Of a stretch of 33,445 nt of DNA, positions 1 through 7,992 are shown piece after piece. The stretch spans positions 1 to 33,445 of the IMG/VR virus record IMGVR_UViG_3300032324_000165; one strand, given 5' to 3'. The translations under genes and the position numbers were made by a program. Each line of letters opens with the position of its first letter. The stretch's first letter is position 1. This DNA comes from a virus. Taxonomy: Duplodnaviria > Caudoviricetes. The notes under the pieces were generated by a model. The model did not search any database, was not told where the DNA came from, and saw nothing but the letters and a program-made list of their open reading frames with translations.

Positions 1-187
1 CACCTTTCTCGCCATTCTCTTTGACCAGTTCGTTATCCCAATCTTTAGTCAAGCAGTCAGCGTCACACACAAAGTTAAGTAATGGGTTGGAGTTACTAAC
101 AGCTTCTAGCAACTCTTCTAGCTTCGGTCTGTATGGGTATCCGCGTTGTTCCACATTCAATGCGGATTTATTTACTGTTACGTGCAT
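1..187 (-). CDS. Hypothetical early protein, partial (runs off the window edge)
   Basis: Not in the ORF track. ATG at 187 follows a GAGGAG RBS, and the frame stays open to position 1 (MHVTVNKSALNVEQRGYPYRPKLEELL...). Confidence 0.7.
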   Translation of the reverse strand, partial: MHVTVNKSALNVEQRGYPYRPKLEELLEAVSNSNPLLNFVCDADCLTKDWDNELVKENGEKG

Positions 188-202
188 CTTTATTCTCCTC
201 AA

Positions 203-1099
203 TTAAAAGTTAAACTTGCCTAGGATTTCATCTACTCTATGCTTCACCAACGTTCTTGCTTCAGGATTGTCACGCAAGCTCTCAGCGTCGTGATGGTTGA
301 TTGCGTCATGTAAACCAAGACGAGCCTGCTCCATGCTAGGGTCGTTGGTGAGGTTGAAGTGTTTAAGTAAATCAACTAACTCCACAGCGTTCTCTACTAA
401 GCTGTCTCTGAACACTTTGGTATAGACTTTCTCGCCGTTCTTCAACTCCCTCGGTGTATCTAAGTCAGACAACCTATCACTCATGCGTAGCAACTGTTCG
501 TGCAATCTAGTCCATGCGTCCTTCATAGCAAGGTCTAGTCTGTCGTTGTATGCGTTGTTACAGGATGCGATTAACTCTTGTTTAGCCTCTTCACCTATGT
601 CAACTCGGAAGTCGCCTGCCGTTGGCACAGGTAGAAAGTTCACGCTGAACTGAAACTTCTTCTCAATGGTGTCGGCATCGGGATACTCTTCTCTATCAAA
701 GAGTGCGCCTAACTGAAAGGCGGCCGCTGACACTAAGTTAGGATACGCAACAATAAACTTCTGCACTAATGCGTTGTAGTTGGTCTCAAGCGTTGCTAGT
801 TGTTCCTTGTATGTAATAAAGTTAGACACAGGCAACAAGCGTAAGCCGTTGTCAGACCAAGGTAGCGTCTGAGATATATGCCATGCTCTAGCATTGGCTG
901 CGTATTTAGTAATGGTATCCAAGAACCCTGTCCCTGCTAATAGGTTCTTGTTGTAATTACCTGCGTTAGTCTTCGTGCCCTTGGCACTATCAACCTCGGC
1001 TGATACCTTCTTGTCTAGCTTACGAGCAGTCCATGTGCTGATGCTAAGCTCAACAAGCATGGCTGATGATGCAATACTGATACTGTTATTCGTGTTCAT
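203..1099 (-). CDS. DUF3150-like phage protein
   Basis: 298 aa with AAGGAG RBS. The pattern (MLVELSISTW...RKLD; LPW..NGLRLLP; LGALFDREEYP; LLKHFNLTND) resembles DUF3150-type proteins that accompany AAA/VWA genes. Recalled, not searched. Confidence 0.6.
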   Translation of the reverse strand: MNTNNSISIASSAMLVELSISTWTARKLDKKVSAEVDSAKGTKTNAGNYNKNLLAGTGFLDTITKYAANARAWHISQTLPWSDNGLRLLPVSNFITYKEQLATLETNYNALVQKFIVAYPNLVSAAAFQLGALFDREEYPDADTIEKKFQFSVNFLPVPTAGDFRVDIGEEAKQELIASCNNAYNDRLDLAMKDAWTRLHEQLLRMSDRLSDLDTPRELKNGEKVYTKVFRDSLVENAVELVDLLKHFNLTNDPSMEQARLGLHDAINHHDAESLRDNPEARTLVKHRVDEILGKFNF

Positions 1100-1289
1100 T
1101 TATTTCTCCTTGGTTGTTGAACATTTCCACTTGAGGATGGATTTGTTCGTCTCTTACTAAGTGTTGTATTACTTGAGAAAAGGATGGGGTAAAGCCAAGC
1201 CCAGCAGATAGTTTTATCTGCATACGCTTAAGCAACTCCATCGTCTCAGGGTTAATTGATACGTTTACCTTCTTTGCTTTCGTTGCCAT
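1086..1289 (-). CDS. Small ribbon-helix-helix-like DNA-binding protein
   Basis: Likely start MATKAKK at 1289 (AAGGAA RBS). Strand-helix-helix pattern: VNVSINPETMELLKRM...SFSQVIQHLVR. Confidence 0.5.
   Translation of the reverse strand: MATKAKKVNVSINPETMELLKRMQIKLSAGLGFTPSFSQVIQHLVRDEQIHPQVEMFNNQGEINEHE
1119..1148. promoter_or_regulatory. 30-bp dyad, copy 1 (GAACATTTCCA-cttgagga-TGGATTTGTTC)
   Basis: Matches the GAACA-N3-CCA-N8-TGG-N3-TGTTC consensus. Lies about 20 nt upstream of the ATG at 1099. Confidence 0.7.
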
Positions 1290-1299
1290 TTGGTTTCCT

Positions 1300-2493
1300 T
1301 TATTCAACGTGAACTACTTTGCCCACCACATCCACGTCAAAGCGTGGATTGCCTTTGATGCACCACATAACTGGTTTGCCAATCTGCCAATCGTTAGGGT
1401 CTTGTCTGCCAATGTAACCATCGGTGAGCATGATGACGCACTCAGGTTCAAGTCGGTTCTCCTTCATATAGTGAGGCACACACTCAGGGCTAGTGCCACC
1501 GCCACCTTTGGCTTGCGTTGTTTCAGTAAGTGATGCCAACTCCGCACCCATGTAAGTCTCATGTCCTGCCACATTGGTATCCCAATAGAGCAAGTCAATC
1601 TTCTCAGGGCTGACCTCATCACAGATACACTTCACCTCACTCAAGAACTGAGCAAGCTCGGCATTACCAATAGAGCCTGATGTATCAACGGCTACCACGA
1701 TGCTACCTACCTTCTCGTCGTATGTGCTTGGCATGATGATGTCCATACCAATGTATCGCTTGTGCAATCTACGCCATGTGGTTTGGTCTTTGCCTTGTGT
1801 TGAAGTCTTAACGAAGTCACGCAACGCATCTTTCCAATTCACCTTGGGGGTGAGTAGGTCTTGCATCTCTCGGCTGATGTCGCCACCCATCTTGCCTGCT
1901 AGGATTGCACCTTGTCGCAACGCACTCTCAATCTCTTTGGCAACCTGTTCTTGTTCTTCAGGTGTGCCATCTTGTGCGTTCTCCCAATCATGCTCGTCCA
2001 TGCCTTCACCGCCACCGCTACCCCCGCCTTGCTGTTGTTGCTCTTTCTCTAGCAATAGGAAGACTTGGTGTGCGTCCATGCCACGATACTTCTCGTCAAT
2101 CAAGCCTAATGCGTTGCCCTCGGCATCAGTCGGCATCTCTGTGTCATAGCCGTTTATGTCGTAGTCACGGATTTGCAGATTGATTACGTAGTCACACGCT
2201 GCGTTAGCAAGCTGTGCGTTCTTCTTCCACAACTTGTCCCACACAACTAGATGGCGATAAGCCTTGTGCATGTTCTCGTGCAAGATAAGGAATGCCAACT
2301 GTTTGTCGTTAAGACTATCCACGAACTCTCGCCCGTAGATTACGTTCACACCGTTGGTCTTAGCAGTAGGTGTGGTTTCATCAACAGACACCTTGCCCAC
2401 CATGAATAAGCCTGAGAACAAGCAAAACTGCTTGTGCCTCATAAGCTTCACGTGCACCTTCTCTATTCTCTGTTCTGCTGTAAGTTTACTCAT
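1300..2493 (-). CDS. DUF2201-type HExxH metallopeptidase-like domain fused to a VWA domain
   Basis: HENMH (HExxH) in the N-terminal domain, a Q/G/acidic linker, then VWA MIDAS motifs DTSGS, GGGGT and LTDG. Start MSKLT at 2493 with AGGAG RBS. Confidence 0.85.
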   Translation of the reverse strand: MSKLTAEQRIEKVHVKLMRHKQFCLFSGLFMVGKVSVDETTPTAKTNGVNVIYGREFVDSLNDKQLAFLILHENMHKAYRHLVVWDKLWKKNAQLANAACDYVINLQIRDYDINGYDTEMPTDAEGNALGLIDEKYRGMDAHQVFLLLEKEQQQQGGGSGGGEGMDEHDWENAQDGTPEEQEQVAKEIESALRQGAILAGKMGGDISREMQDLLTPKVNWKDALRDFVKTSTQGKDQTTWRRLHKRYIGMDIIMPSTYDEKVGSIVVAVDTSGSIGNAELAQFLSEVKCICDEVSPEKIDLLYWDTNVAGHETYMGAELASLTETTQAKGGGGTSPECVPHYMKENRLEPECVIMLTDGYIGRQDPNDWQIGKPVMWCIKGNPRFDVDVVGKVVHVE

Positions 2494-2674
2494 CTTCATT
2501 CTCCTCTTTAACACCAATTACACACAGAACCGCACCACTACAATTTGGGTCTATATCAAAGTCCTTACATATATCTTCCCAATCGTGCGGAATAATTTCG
2601 GGGTTAATACGAATCCACCCACCTTTGGGTAGCACCGTATACCCTGCATCCTCTATTTCTTTTTTCGTCAACAT
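2486..2674 (-). CDS. Hypothetical protein
   Basis: 62 aa with GAGG RBS. Fills the gap between the AAA and VWA genes with a short overlap. Confidence 0.65.
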   Translation of the reverse strand: MLTKKEIEDAGYTVLPKGGWIRINPEIIPHDWEDICKDFDIDPNCSGAVLCVIGVKEENEDE

Positions 2675-2682
2675 GACTCACC

Positions 2683-3777
2683 TCAGAACAAATACTGATT
2701 AGTTCTCATCCAATCCACAAAGGACTGGCTCGTTAGGAACAACTTCTTCTTCTCATCGTTCTTCATACCTGTTAGGCAGAACACAGACTGCAACTCCTTC
2801 GGTGTGCGTTGTAGGTATTCAAAGAACTTACTGATAGTCTCCCTGTCAATGCGTTGCACCGCAGAGAAAGCTAGCAAACAAAGTGCGGCAGGACTTGTCG
2901 GGACAACCGCAGTCTTCGGGTCTTTGATAATTGATTCCCACGTTGGTAGAGAATCGGCTACCTCTACATAGCTCATCAATGCTCTAGCCGCAGGTGCACC
3001 AATCGTGCCTTCAAGTGCACACAGCGTTGCGTTGGACGTTGTCTCTGCTCTATGCTTTAGTATGTTGCTTGCACGAACAAGAGAGCGTGGCGACACAAAG
3101 GACTGCTGAGGTTTCTTCGGATTGAAGATGAACTCGTTCCCTGCCTGACTTGCATCAAGATAAGAGGCTAGGACGTGTGGGTTCTCCTTTACCCATGCAA
3201 GAATCTCAGGTGACACGTTGTTTGTAATTGCCCATTCACCCCATGAATCTTTGTCAATTGAGCCGTCGGCTTGAAAGCCTGCGTGTGGCTTGCGAACAGA
3301 AATGACCGAGATGCGATTACGAGAATGACTCATCATTACATCACCCACTCCATCGGCTGAATAGTTGCCTGCCGTTACGACAATCGTGTCCTTATGCAAG
3401 GGAATACCCATGATTTGTCTTGGTTCATTTAGCATCGGATGCAACATGTTCTTCACCGCTTGATGTGCTTTAGTGAACTCGTCAACAAAGATAACCAATG
3501 GCTCGTCAAGATGAAACCCCCATTGCTCGTTGGGATACATACGAGTGGTCTTGGTGGTGTGGTCGGGAATCGGGATACCCAACTCGCCTAGCTCAATGTT
3601 CGGTGCATCAATATAGATACCCTTGAACCCTGTGCGTCGCACAATGTTCTTGAACATAGAGGTCTTGCCAACCCCTGGCTCTCCAACTAAGTGCATTGTT
3701 GCATCTGCACCACACGCTACGATTAAGTCCTCAGCTTCTTTAAGTGAGGCTACTCTATTCATAAATACTTCTGACAT
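2683..3777 (-). CDS. MoxR/dynein-related (AAA_5-like) AAA+ ATPase
   Basis: Walker A GEPGVGKT, Walker B VIFVDE, sensor-1 TAGN, and an SPRS motif. Lies next to a VWA gene, as is typical for the MoxR clade. Confidence 0.88.
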   Translation of the reverse strand: MSEVFMNRVASLKEAEDLIVACGADATMHLVGEPGVGKTSMFKNIVRRTGFKGIYIDAPNIELGELGIPIPDHTTKTTRMYPNEQWGFHLDEPLVIFVDEFTKAHQAVKNMLHPMLNEPRQIMGIPLHKDTIVVTAGNYSADGVGDVMMSHSRNRISVISVRKPHAGFQADGSIDKDSWGEWAITNNVSPEILAWVKENPHVLASYLDASQAGNEFIFNPKKPQQSFVSPRSLVRASNILKHRAETTSNATLCALEGTIGAPAARALMSYVEVADSLPTWESIIKDPKTAVVPTSPAALCLLAFSAVQRIDRETISKFFEYLQRTPKELQSVFCLTGMKNDEKKKLFLTSQSFVDWMRTNQYLF

Positions 3778-3797
3778 TTGATACTCCTTTGGTTTGT

Positions 3798-3827
3798 GAA
3801 CATATCCATACCACTATGGTTTTGTTC
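3798..3827. promoter_or_regulatory. 30-bp dyad, copy 2 (GAACATATCCA-taccacta-TGGTTTTGTTC)
   Basis: Consensus match, about 21 nt upstream of the AAA ATPase ATG. Confidence 0.75.
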
Positions 3828-3832
3828 GTTGA

Positions 3833-4759
3833 TTAGACTGCAAAATACTTCTTGTTCCTGTCCTCACGTGACTCACCGTATGGGACTAACTCTTCCGTGA
3901 ACACCTCGTGCCTATACTGATACTTGAACATCTCGTCCATGTAGTTAGCAAAGCTGACTGAGTCTCCGACATAGCCATCGTTCTTGTATGAGTAGCGACC
4001 AGACACACTAGCCACACACCTTACTAGGTCATAGAGTAATTCCAAGTCGCCAGATTGGAGTTGCTTATCCGCAAGGGCGAACCACTTATCACGACTAGCC
4101 CTCGTCTCCTCGGACTGCCATGAGTGATACGGAATCATTCTGCTTGTTGATAGCCCATGCTTGGCTAGCTCTAACTCCTCAAGTTTCCCCACGTTGCCAT
4201 CAAGAGCCAACATGGTTTTACCGTATTGGATAATAGGGCTATACCGTTTACGTATTGCGTTCATACGCTTGCGGTCAATGCGGAACACTTTGTCCTCAAC
4301 AATCTCAGTCGGCACATACATACCATCGTCACCCATACGGATTCGCATACCATCTTTGAACCTAAAGGATTGATTGTTCTTGTTTTGGAAATACCACTTG
4401 CCACTCTCAGAGATAATAGTGCCCACGTGAAACAACACGCTGTTCAAGAACGCACCTGTTGTTATGGAATACCACTTGTTTGCGTGGATAGCTATGTCCC
4501 CATTCGGATAGAACTGCACCATATCCCTGCCATACATAGCACATGAATAGATGTCGTATTCTCGGTTCTCCGATTGGATAGCCACAGTTTCCTTGACTAT
4601 CTCATACTGAGTGAATCTTCTCTTGCGACCCAAAGGCTTAAACACAGTTGAGCGACCTCGGATTGGCACGACTTTCTCATACCAATCCTTAGCCTCAGCA
4701 TAGTTAGTAAGCCTAGGGATTTGGGCACAGTTGCCGTGACCCCATAGGGTTATGCTCAT
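3833..4759 (-). CDS. Hypothetical early protein
   Basis: 308-aa ORF, ATGA-coupled to the upstream gene. No family recognised. Confidence 0.75.
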   Translation of the reverse strand: MSITLWGHGNCAQIPRLTNYAEAKDWYEKVVPIRGRSTVFKPLGRKRRFTQYEIVKETVAIQSENREYDIYSCAMYGRDMVQFYPNGDIAIHANKWYSITTGAFLNSVLFHVGTIISESGKWYFQNKNNQSFRFKDGMRIRMGDDGMYVPTEIVEDKVFRIDRKRMNAIRKRYSPIIQYGKTMLALDGNVGKLEELELAKHGLSTSRMIPYHSWQSEETRASRDKWFALADKQLQSGDLELLYDLVRCVASVSGRYSYKNDGYVGDSVSFANYMDEMFKYQYRHEVFTEELVPYGESREDRNKKYFAV

Positions 4760-5301
4760 ACACGCACTCCTAACTGGAATAGTTTCTCTTCCAAGTATTT
4801 AATAATTGCTTTCTTATCAAACACTTCGCACTCCAGAGTCCATACCTCTTTCTCCTTCTCTACTAAGGTAAGTTCTAATGCACTGAGCCGTTGCTTTAGT
4901 TGCATTTCTTCCTTGGTTTCCCTACGGATTTCGGGTTGAGCTACTTCTACCGTTTTGACCACACGCTTGGTATATGGCTTGCGTGCCTTCTTTGGCGCCA
5001 CATTGATAGCGCTCTTCTCCGATAGCAAGAAATACTTCTGCTCTTTACCGTCCTTCTTCGTGCCAAGGACTGCACCACGACTCTTCATGTTCCACAAGGT
5101 ATTCTGAACTGCGTTCTTGTCGGCACCCAAGTCGTTAGCGATAGCCGTTGCGGTGCGTAACCCTCTAGCCATTGCGTTCAAGATGCGTTTGGTTATCGTC
5201 TTGTTTTTAATGACTTTTGGCTTGCGTGCCTTTGGTTTAACCTCAGCCATGTCAGCCTTGGTTTCTTTTACTGCATCAATAATATTATTTGGAACATACA
5301 T
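4756..5301 (-). CDS. Winged-HTH DNA-binding protein with C-terminal coiled coil
   Basis: RILNAMARGLRTATAIANDLGADKNAVQNTLWNMKSRGAV...KYFL fits a wHTH. The C-terminus has heptads (LKQRLSALELTLVEKEKEV). Confidence 0.7.
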   Translation of the reverse strand: MYVPNNIIDAVKETKADMAEVKPKARKPKVIKNKTITKRILNAMARGLRTATAIANDLGADKNAVQNTLWNMKSRGAVLGTKKDGKEQKYFLLSEKSAINVAPKKARKPYTKRVVKTVEVAQPEIRRETKEEMQLKQRLSALELTLVEKEKEVWTLECEVFDKKAIIKYLEEKLFQLGVRV

Positions 5302-5324
5302 GTTTACTACTCCTTTGGTTAAAT

Positions 5325-5354
5325 GAACATTCCCACACCATTGTGGTTTTGTTC
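5325..5354. promoter_or_regulatory. 30-bp dyad, copy 3 (GAACATTCCCA-caccattg-TGGTTTTGTTC)
   Basis: Consensus match, about 24 nt upstream of the wHTH gene ATG. Confidence 0.75.
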
Positions 5355-5372
5355 GGTTGCACTACTAAAAAC

Positions 5373-5591
5373 TTATCCAACGATGCCAAACCAATGAAGG
5401 ATTGACACAATGAACAATGTCCCAACGAGGAACATGCCCAACATACCCACGATGAAACCTATTTGTCTCATTGCGGATTTGTGTTCGGTTTCGCAATACC
5501 AAATCGGCGTTGCGTAGTCTGCGTCCTTGTTAGCCTCACTCAATGACCTAGCAACAGGTGACACGTTCTTATAGACTTGTTTGTAGTCCAT
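5373..5591 (-). CDS. Small membrane protein
   Basis: 72 aa with a C-terminal hydrophobic helix (IGFIVGMLGMFLVGTLFIVSILHWF) and AAGGAG RBS. Confidence 0.7.
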   Translation of the reverse strand: MDYKQVYKNVSPVARSLSEANKDADYATPIWYCETEHKSAMRQIGFIVGMLGMFLVGTLFIVSILHWFGIVG

Positions 5592-5751
5592 CTTGGTTCT
5601 CCTTGGTTGGTGTTAATAAAAAATACAATGCGTTGAACTGCTCAATCACTTCTCGTTTTTGCTCAGCCGTTGGTGCTCGTAAGAAATCAGCAAGCATCTT
5701 GTCTTGTGGGCTTGCCTGTCTGCGTCTTTGGTCTCGTTGTCTTGCGTTCAT
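5569..5751 (-). CDS. Hypothetical protein
   Basis: 60 aa, TAAGGAG RBS, coupled to its neighbours. Confidence 0.65.
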   Translation of the reverse strand: MNARQRDQRRRQASPQDKMLADFLRAPTAEQKREVIEQFNALYFLLTPTKENQDGLQTSL

Positions 5752-5957
5752 GGTTTACTCCTTAGTGCGGTTCGTAAAATGTCCAATGCTTCCCACGCAA
5801 GCAGTCGCCCATGTGGTGCATTGGTCTGTGAGTTCTGTGCTAGTTCTAGCTTGACGATAGCGTCCTTCATAGCCTTCTCTAACATAGCGTGTGGTGCTAG
5901 CTCAACCTGTGAGCTATCTTGTCCCAAGTCGGTAGGGATTCCCCATGCGTTTCTCAT
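5748..5957 (-). CDS. Hypothetical protein
   Basis: 69 aa, AAGGAG RBS, ATGA overlaps. Confidence 0.65.
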   Translation of the reverse strand: MRNAWGIPTDLGQDSSQVELAPHAMLEKAMKDAIVKLELAQNSQTNAPHGRLLAWEALDILRTALRSKP

Positions 5958-6142
5958 AGCTCTCCTTGTAGTGCAGTTAGTTTTGCCTTAGCCATGATTA
6001 GCATGGTGTAAGCCCTTGAGAACTGAATCATCTGTTCCATGTCTATAACTGAATCCATGTTCCCATTGAGTTTCTCTTGTAGCATTGCGATTTCACCCAA
6101 CAGCTCATCAATGCGTTCACCTTTGTAATGCGTTGCCATCAT
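5954..6142 (-). CDS. Hypothetical helical protein
   Basis: 62 aa, GAGGAG RBS, overlapping start/stop with neighbours. Confidence 0.65.
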   Translation of the reverse strand: MMATHYKGERIDELLGEIAMLQEKLNGNMDSVIDMEQMIQFSRAYTMLIMAKAKLTALQGEL

Positions 6143-6372
6143 TTCTCCTCATAGTTAGTTTGGTCAAACTTGTGTTCAAAGCCATGCAAAAAGCCTTCGG
6201 TGTAGGCTTGCTTCATTACTGCGTGCAAGCTCATGCCCTCGTCTTGTCTTAGCATGGTTACGATTTCCAAGTTAGCATCTGCGTAGTTATTGCCACGATG
6301 GATAGCTTCATCTCGGATTGTCCATTTGGTGCGTTCTTCTTTATCGTTAATGATTTGCCTGATAGTTGTCAT
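6139..6372 (-). CDS. Hypothetical protein
   Basis: 77 aa, AAGGAG RBS. Confidence 0.65.
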   Translation of the reverse strand: MTTIRQIINDKEERTKWTIRDEAIHRGNNYADANLEIVTMLRQDEGMSLHAVMKQAYTEGFLHGFEHKFDQTNYEEK

Positions 6373-6527
6373 GCTTTCTCCTTCGCTTTAACTGCGTTGT
6401 ATTGGTCTAAGATATGTTTGCAAAGACTTACCAAGTCTAGGTCGTCACTACTCTGACTAACTACACGACACGCTTCTATGTCGTCAGGGTATAGGGTTAG
6501 TTGTATTGTTATTAGTTCTTGGTTCAT
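6369..6527 (-). CDS. Hypothetical protein (52 aa, not in ORF track)
   Basis: MNQELITIQLTLYPDDIEACRVVSQSSDDLDLVSLCKHILDQYNAVKAKEKA. ATGA overlaps at both ends, AGAGGA RBS. Confidence 0.7.
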   Translation of the reverse strand: MNQELITIQLTLYPDDIEACRVVSQSSDDLDLVSLCKHILDQYNAVKAKEKA

Positions 6528-6730
6528 GTTGTCCTCTTTGGGTTAAGTTGTTTAACGAACTCGGCATCTGATATATACATATAGTTGCTTTTGTTCATGG
6601 GGGCTGATTGTTTCTTTATCTCAGCAAAGCGGAGTTGTGCTTGTTCCTCACCGCAGAATAAACACACTCTATAACCTAGCACCTTGCGTTCGTCAGGGTA
6701 GTCATCACCGCATATAAAACATGTTGCCAT
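6524..6730 (-). CDS. C4 zinc-finger protein (TraR/DksA C4-like); first gene of the early operon
   Basis: CFICGDDYPDERKVLGYRVCLFC resembles the CxxCG..IP..R....CxxC finger. GAGGAG RBS. Confidence 0.6.
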   Translation of the reverse strand: MATCFICGDDYPDERKVLGYRVCLFCGEEQAQLRFAEIKKQSAPMNKSNYMYISDAEFVKQLNPKRTT

Positions 6731-6747
6731 TTACATCTCCTCGTTTG

Positions 6748-6777
6748 GAACAAAACCATCGTTGCATGGAAATGTTC
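6748..6777. promoter_or_regulatory. 30-bp dyad, copy 4, inverted (GAACAAAACCA-tcgttgca-TGGAAATGTTC)
   Basis: Consensus match between the early promoter and the first RBS. Confidence 0.75.
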
Positions 6778-6827
6778 GGTTGGTTGTAAGTAAAACATCG
6801 TCAAAAAATCTCTCATCTATAACTACT

Positions 6828-6856
6828 ATTATACGCTATATACCTGACTTTGTCAA
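6828..6856 (-). promoter_or_regulatory. Consensus sigma70 promoter driving the leftward early operon
   Basis: Minus strand TTGACA (6856-6851), 17-nt spacer, TATAAT (6833-6828): a perfect consensus. Confidence 0.9.
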
Positions 6857-6932
6857 GTTTTGGTTCGTCTTAGTGGGAAGTAGTGTTCGTGATTGGATTG
6901 GGTGCTATTGGGTGGGCTTATGGGTGTCGTGC

Positions 6933-6961
6933 TTGCAGTTCTATTTGTTCTGTTCTATAAT
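6933..6961 (+). promoter_or_regulatory. Divergent sigma70-like promoter for the tandem-HTH gene
   Basis: TTGCAG (6933-6938), 17-nt spacer, TATAAT (6956-6961). The spacer contains TGTTCTGTTC. Confidence 0.7.
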
Positions 6962-6995
6962 AGTCCTCATGTTCATGTTTTCTATTGGAGGTTGT

Positions 6996-7337
6996 ATGCG
7001 TAAAGATTTTGTGTTCTTGGAGTTTGATGGCGAGAAGAAAACTCTAGCGGGTTGGTCTAGGCATTATGGTATTCCGTATGATGCGTTGCGAATGAGATAC
7101 AAACGATATGGTGCAGATAAAACTAAGTTGTTTAAGAAGGTAGCAGTCAAAAACAAAATCTCAATTCAGATGAGAGATATAGATAAGGATATGCAGTTTG
7201 TGTATCGAGATGTGACTAAGTCGTTGAAGGAGTGGTGCGAGCAATTCGGATTACCTTACGATACTGTGCGAATGAGAGTTAAGCGTGGCATGACAGGTGA
7301 GCGTGTGTTTAGCCCTGTGCGTCACTACATGAAGTGA
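6996..7337 (+). CDS. Stand-alone protein of two tandem HTH-like DNA-binding repeats
   Basis: Start ATG 6996 after GGAGG. The repeats FDGEKKTLAGWSRHYGIPYDALRMRYKRYG and YRDVTKSLKEWCEQFGLPYDTVRMRVKRGM resemble C-terminal modules of phage HNH endonucleases. No nuclease motif is present. Confidence 0.7.
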   Translation: MRKDFVFLEFDGEKKTLAGWSRHYGIPYDALRMRYKRYGADKTKLFKKVAVKNKISIQMRDIDKDMQFVYRDVTKSLKEWCEQFGLPYDTVRMRVKRGMTGERVFSPVRHYMK

Positions 7338-7346
7338 GGTTTGCTT

Positions 7347-7780
7347 TGTTCCAAAACGGCGTTCCATTTGTTCCAAACTGTTCAACTTAATTGGAACAAT
7401 ATAAACCCTAGGCAAATCATTGTTTTTATTAGTTTATTTATATTTATATTATATATTGTTCCAATGTTCCAATTGTTCCAACATTTATATAACGAGGGTC
7501 AAATTTATATTTGATATTAGGGTTTGCACTATGCGAAGGGGGGTTCTTGATTTCACTTTTTTTGAGCGGAATAAAACTTGGAACAATTGGAACATTGGAA
7601 CAATACAAAGGAAAGTTAAGCAAATCAAGGGGTTATATTGTTCCATGTCGTTGGAACATTTCGGTCTGTGTTCTGGAACAAACCCATTCAGCTATGTTTT
7701 TGTTCACGTGGTGCTAAAGATTTTCTATAAGACACCATAACTTAGTTTTTCTATGTGCGGGGGGCTAATGCGTTGGAACA
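7347..7780. repeat. TGTTCCAA/TTGGAACA iteron-like array with nested inverted repeats; candidate replication origin
   Basis: More than a dozen full or near copies. Perfect 28-bp inverted repeat at 7454-7481/7578-7605, AT-rich tract at about 7420-7456, no credible ORF. Confidence 0.7.
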
Positions 7781-7837
7781 AAGATGACCGTTCTTTATGT
7801 TTTTGAACTTGGTTTTTGGTTTTAAAAAATTTGGGCG

Positions 7838-7865
7838 AAAAAAAAGCCTGACCGAAGTCAGGCTT
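7838..7865 (-). terminator. Rho-independent terminator
   Basis: Minus strand AAGCCTGAC-TTCG-GTCAGGC followed by T8, downstream of 7993..8706. Confidence 0.88.
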
Positions 7866-7876
7866 AGAAAAACTTT

Positions 7877-7990
7877 GGCTACTCAGGAATTATTGTAGAT
7901 AGCCCTCTTTACCGCAGTTTTTTGGTTTTGCGTAAGACTACACTCTTACGACTAGGGGTGAACGAACCGCACCCCCAACGGATAACAGAG
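7877..7990 (-). ncRNA. Putative structured RNA (multi-stem) in the 3' UTR
   Basis: Stems at 7931-37/7944-50, 7955-60/7970-75 and 7877-81/7900-04, with an enclosing bulged stem at 7905-14/7979-90. Confidence 0.35.
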
Positions 7991-7992
7991 AA

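Noticed and set aside
6762-6995. N-terminal extension of the 191-aa ORF
   Set aside because: It overlaps both promoters. The GGAGG RBS supports a start at 6996.
7420-7740. ORFs 7420..7740 and 7511..7717
   Set aside because: They are translations of the repeat array and AT tract (CSNCSN, WNNWN) and have no RBS.
7347-7780. CRISPR or mini-CRISPR array
   Set aside because: The repeats are 8-mers in both orientations with irregular spacing. There is no repeat-spacer periodicity and no cas genes.
7877-7990. tRNA or hammerhead ribozyme
   Set aside because: There is no cloverleaf with properly placed D and T arms, and no CUGAnGA/GAAA core.
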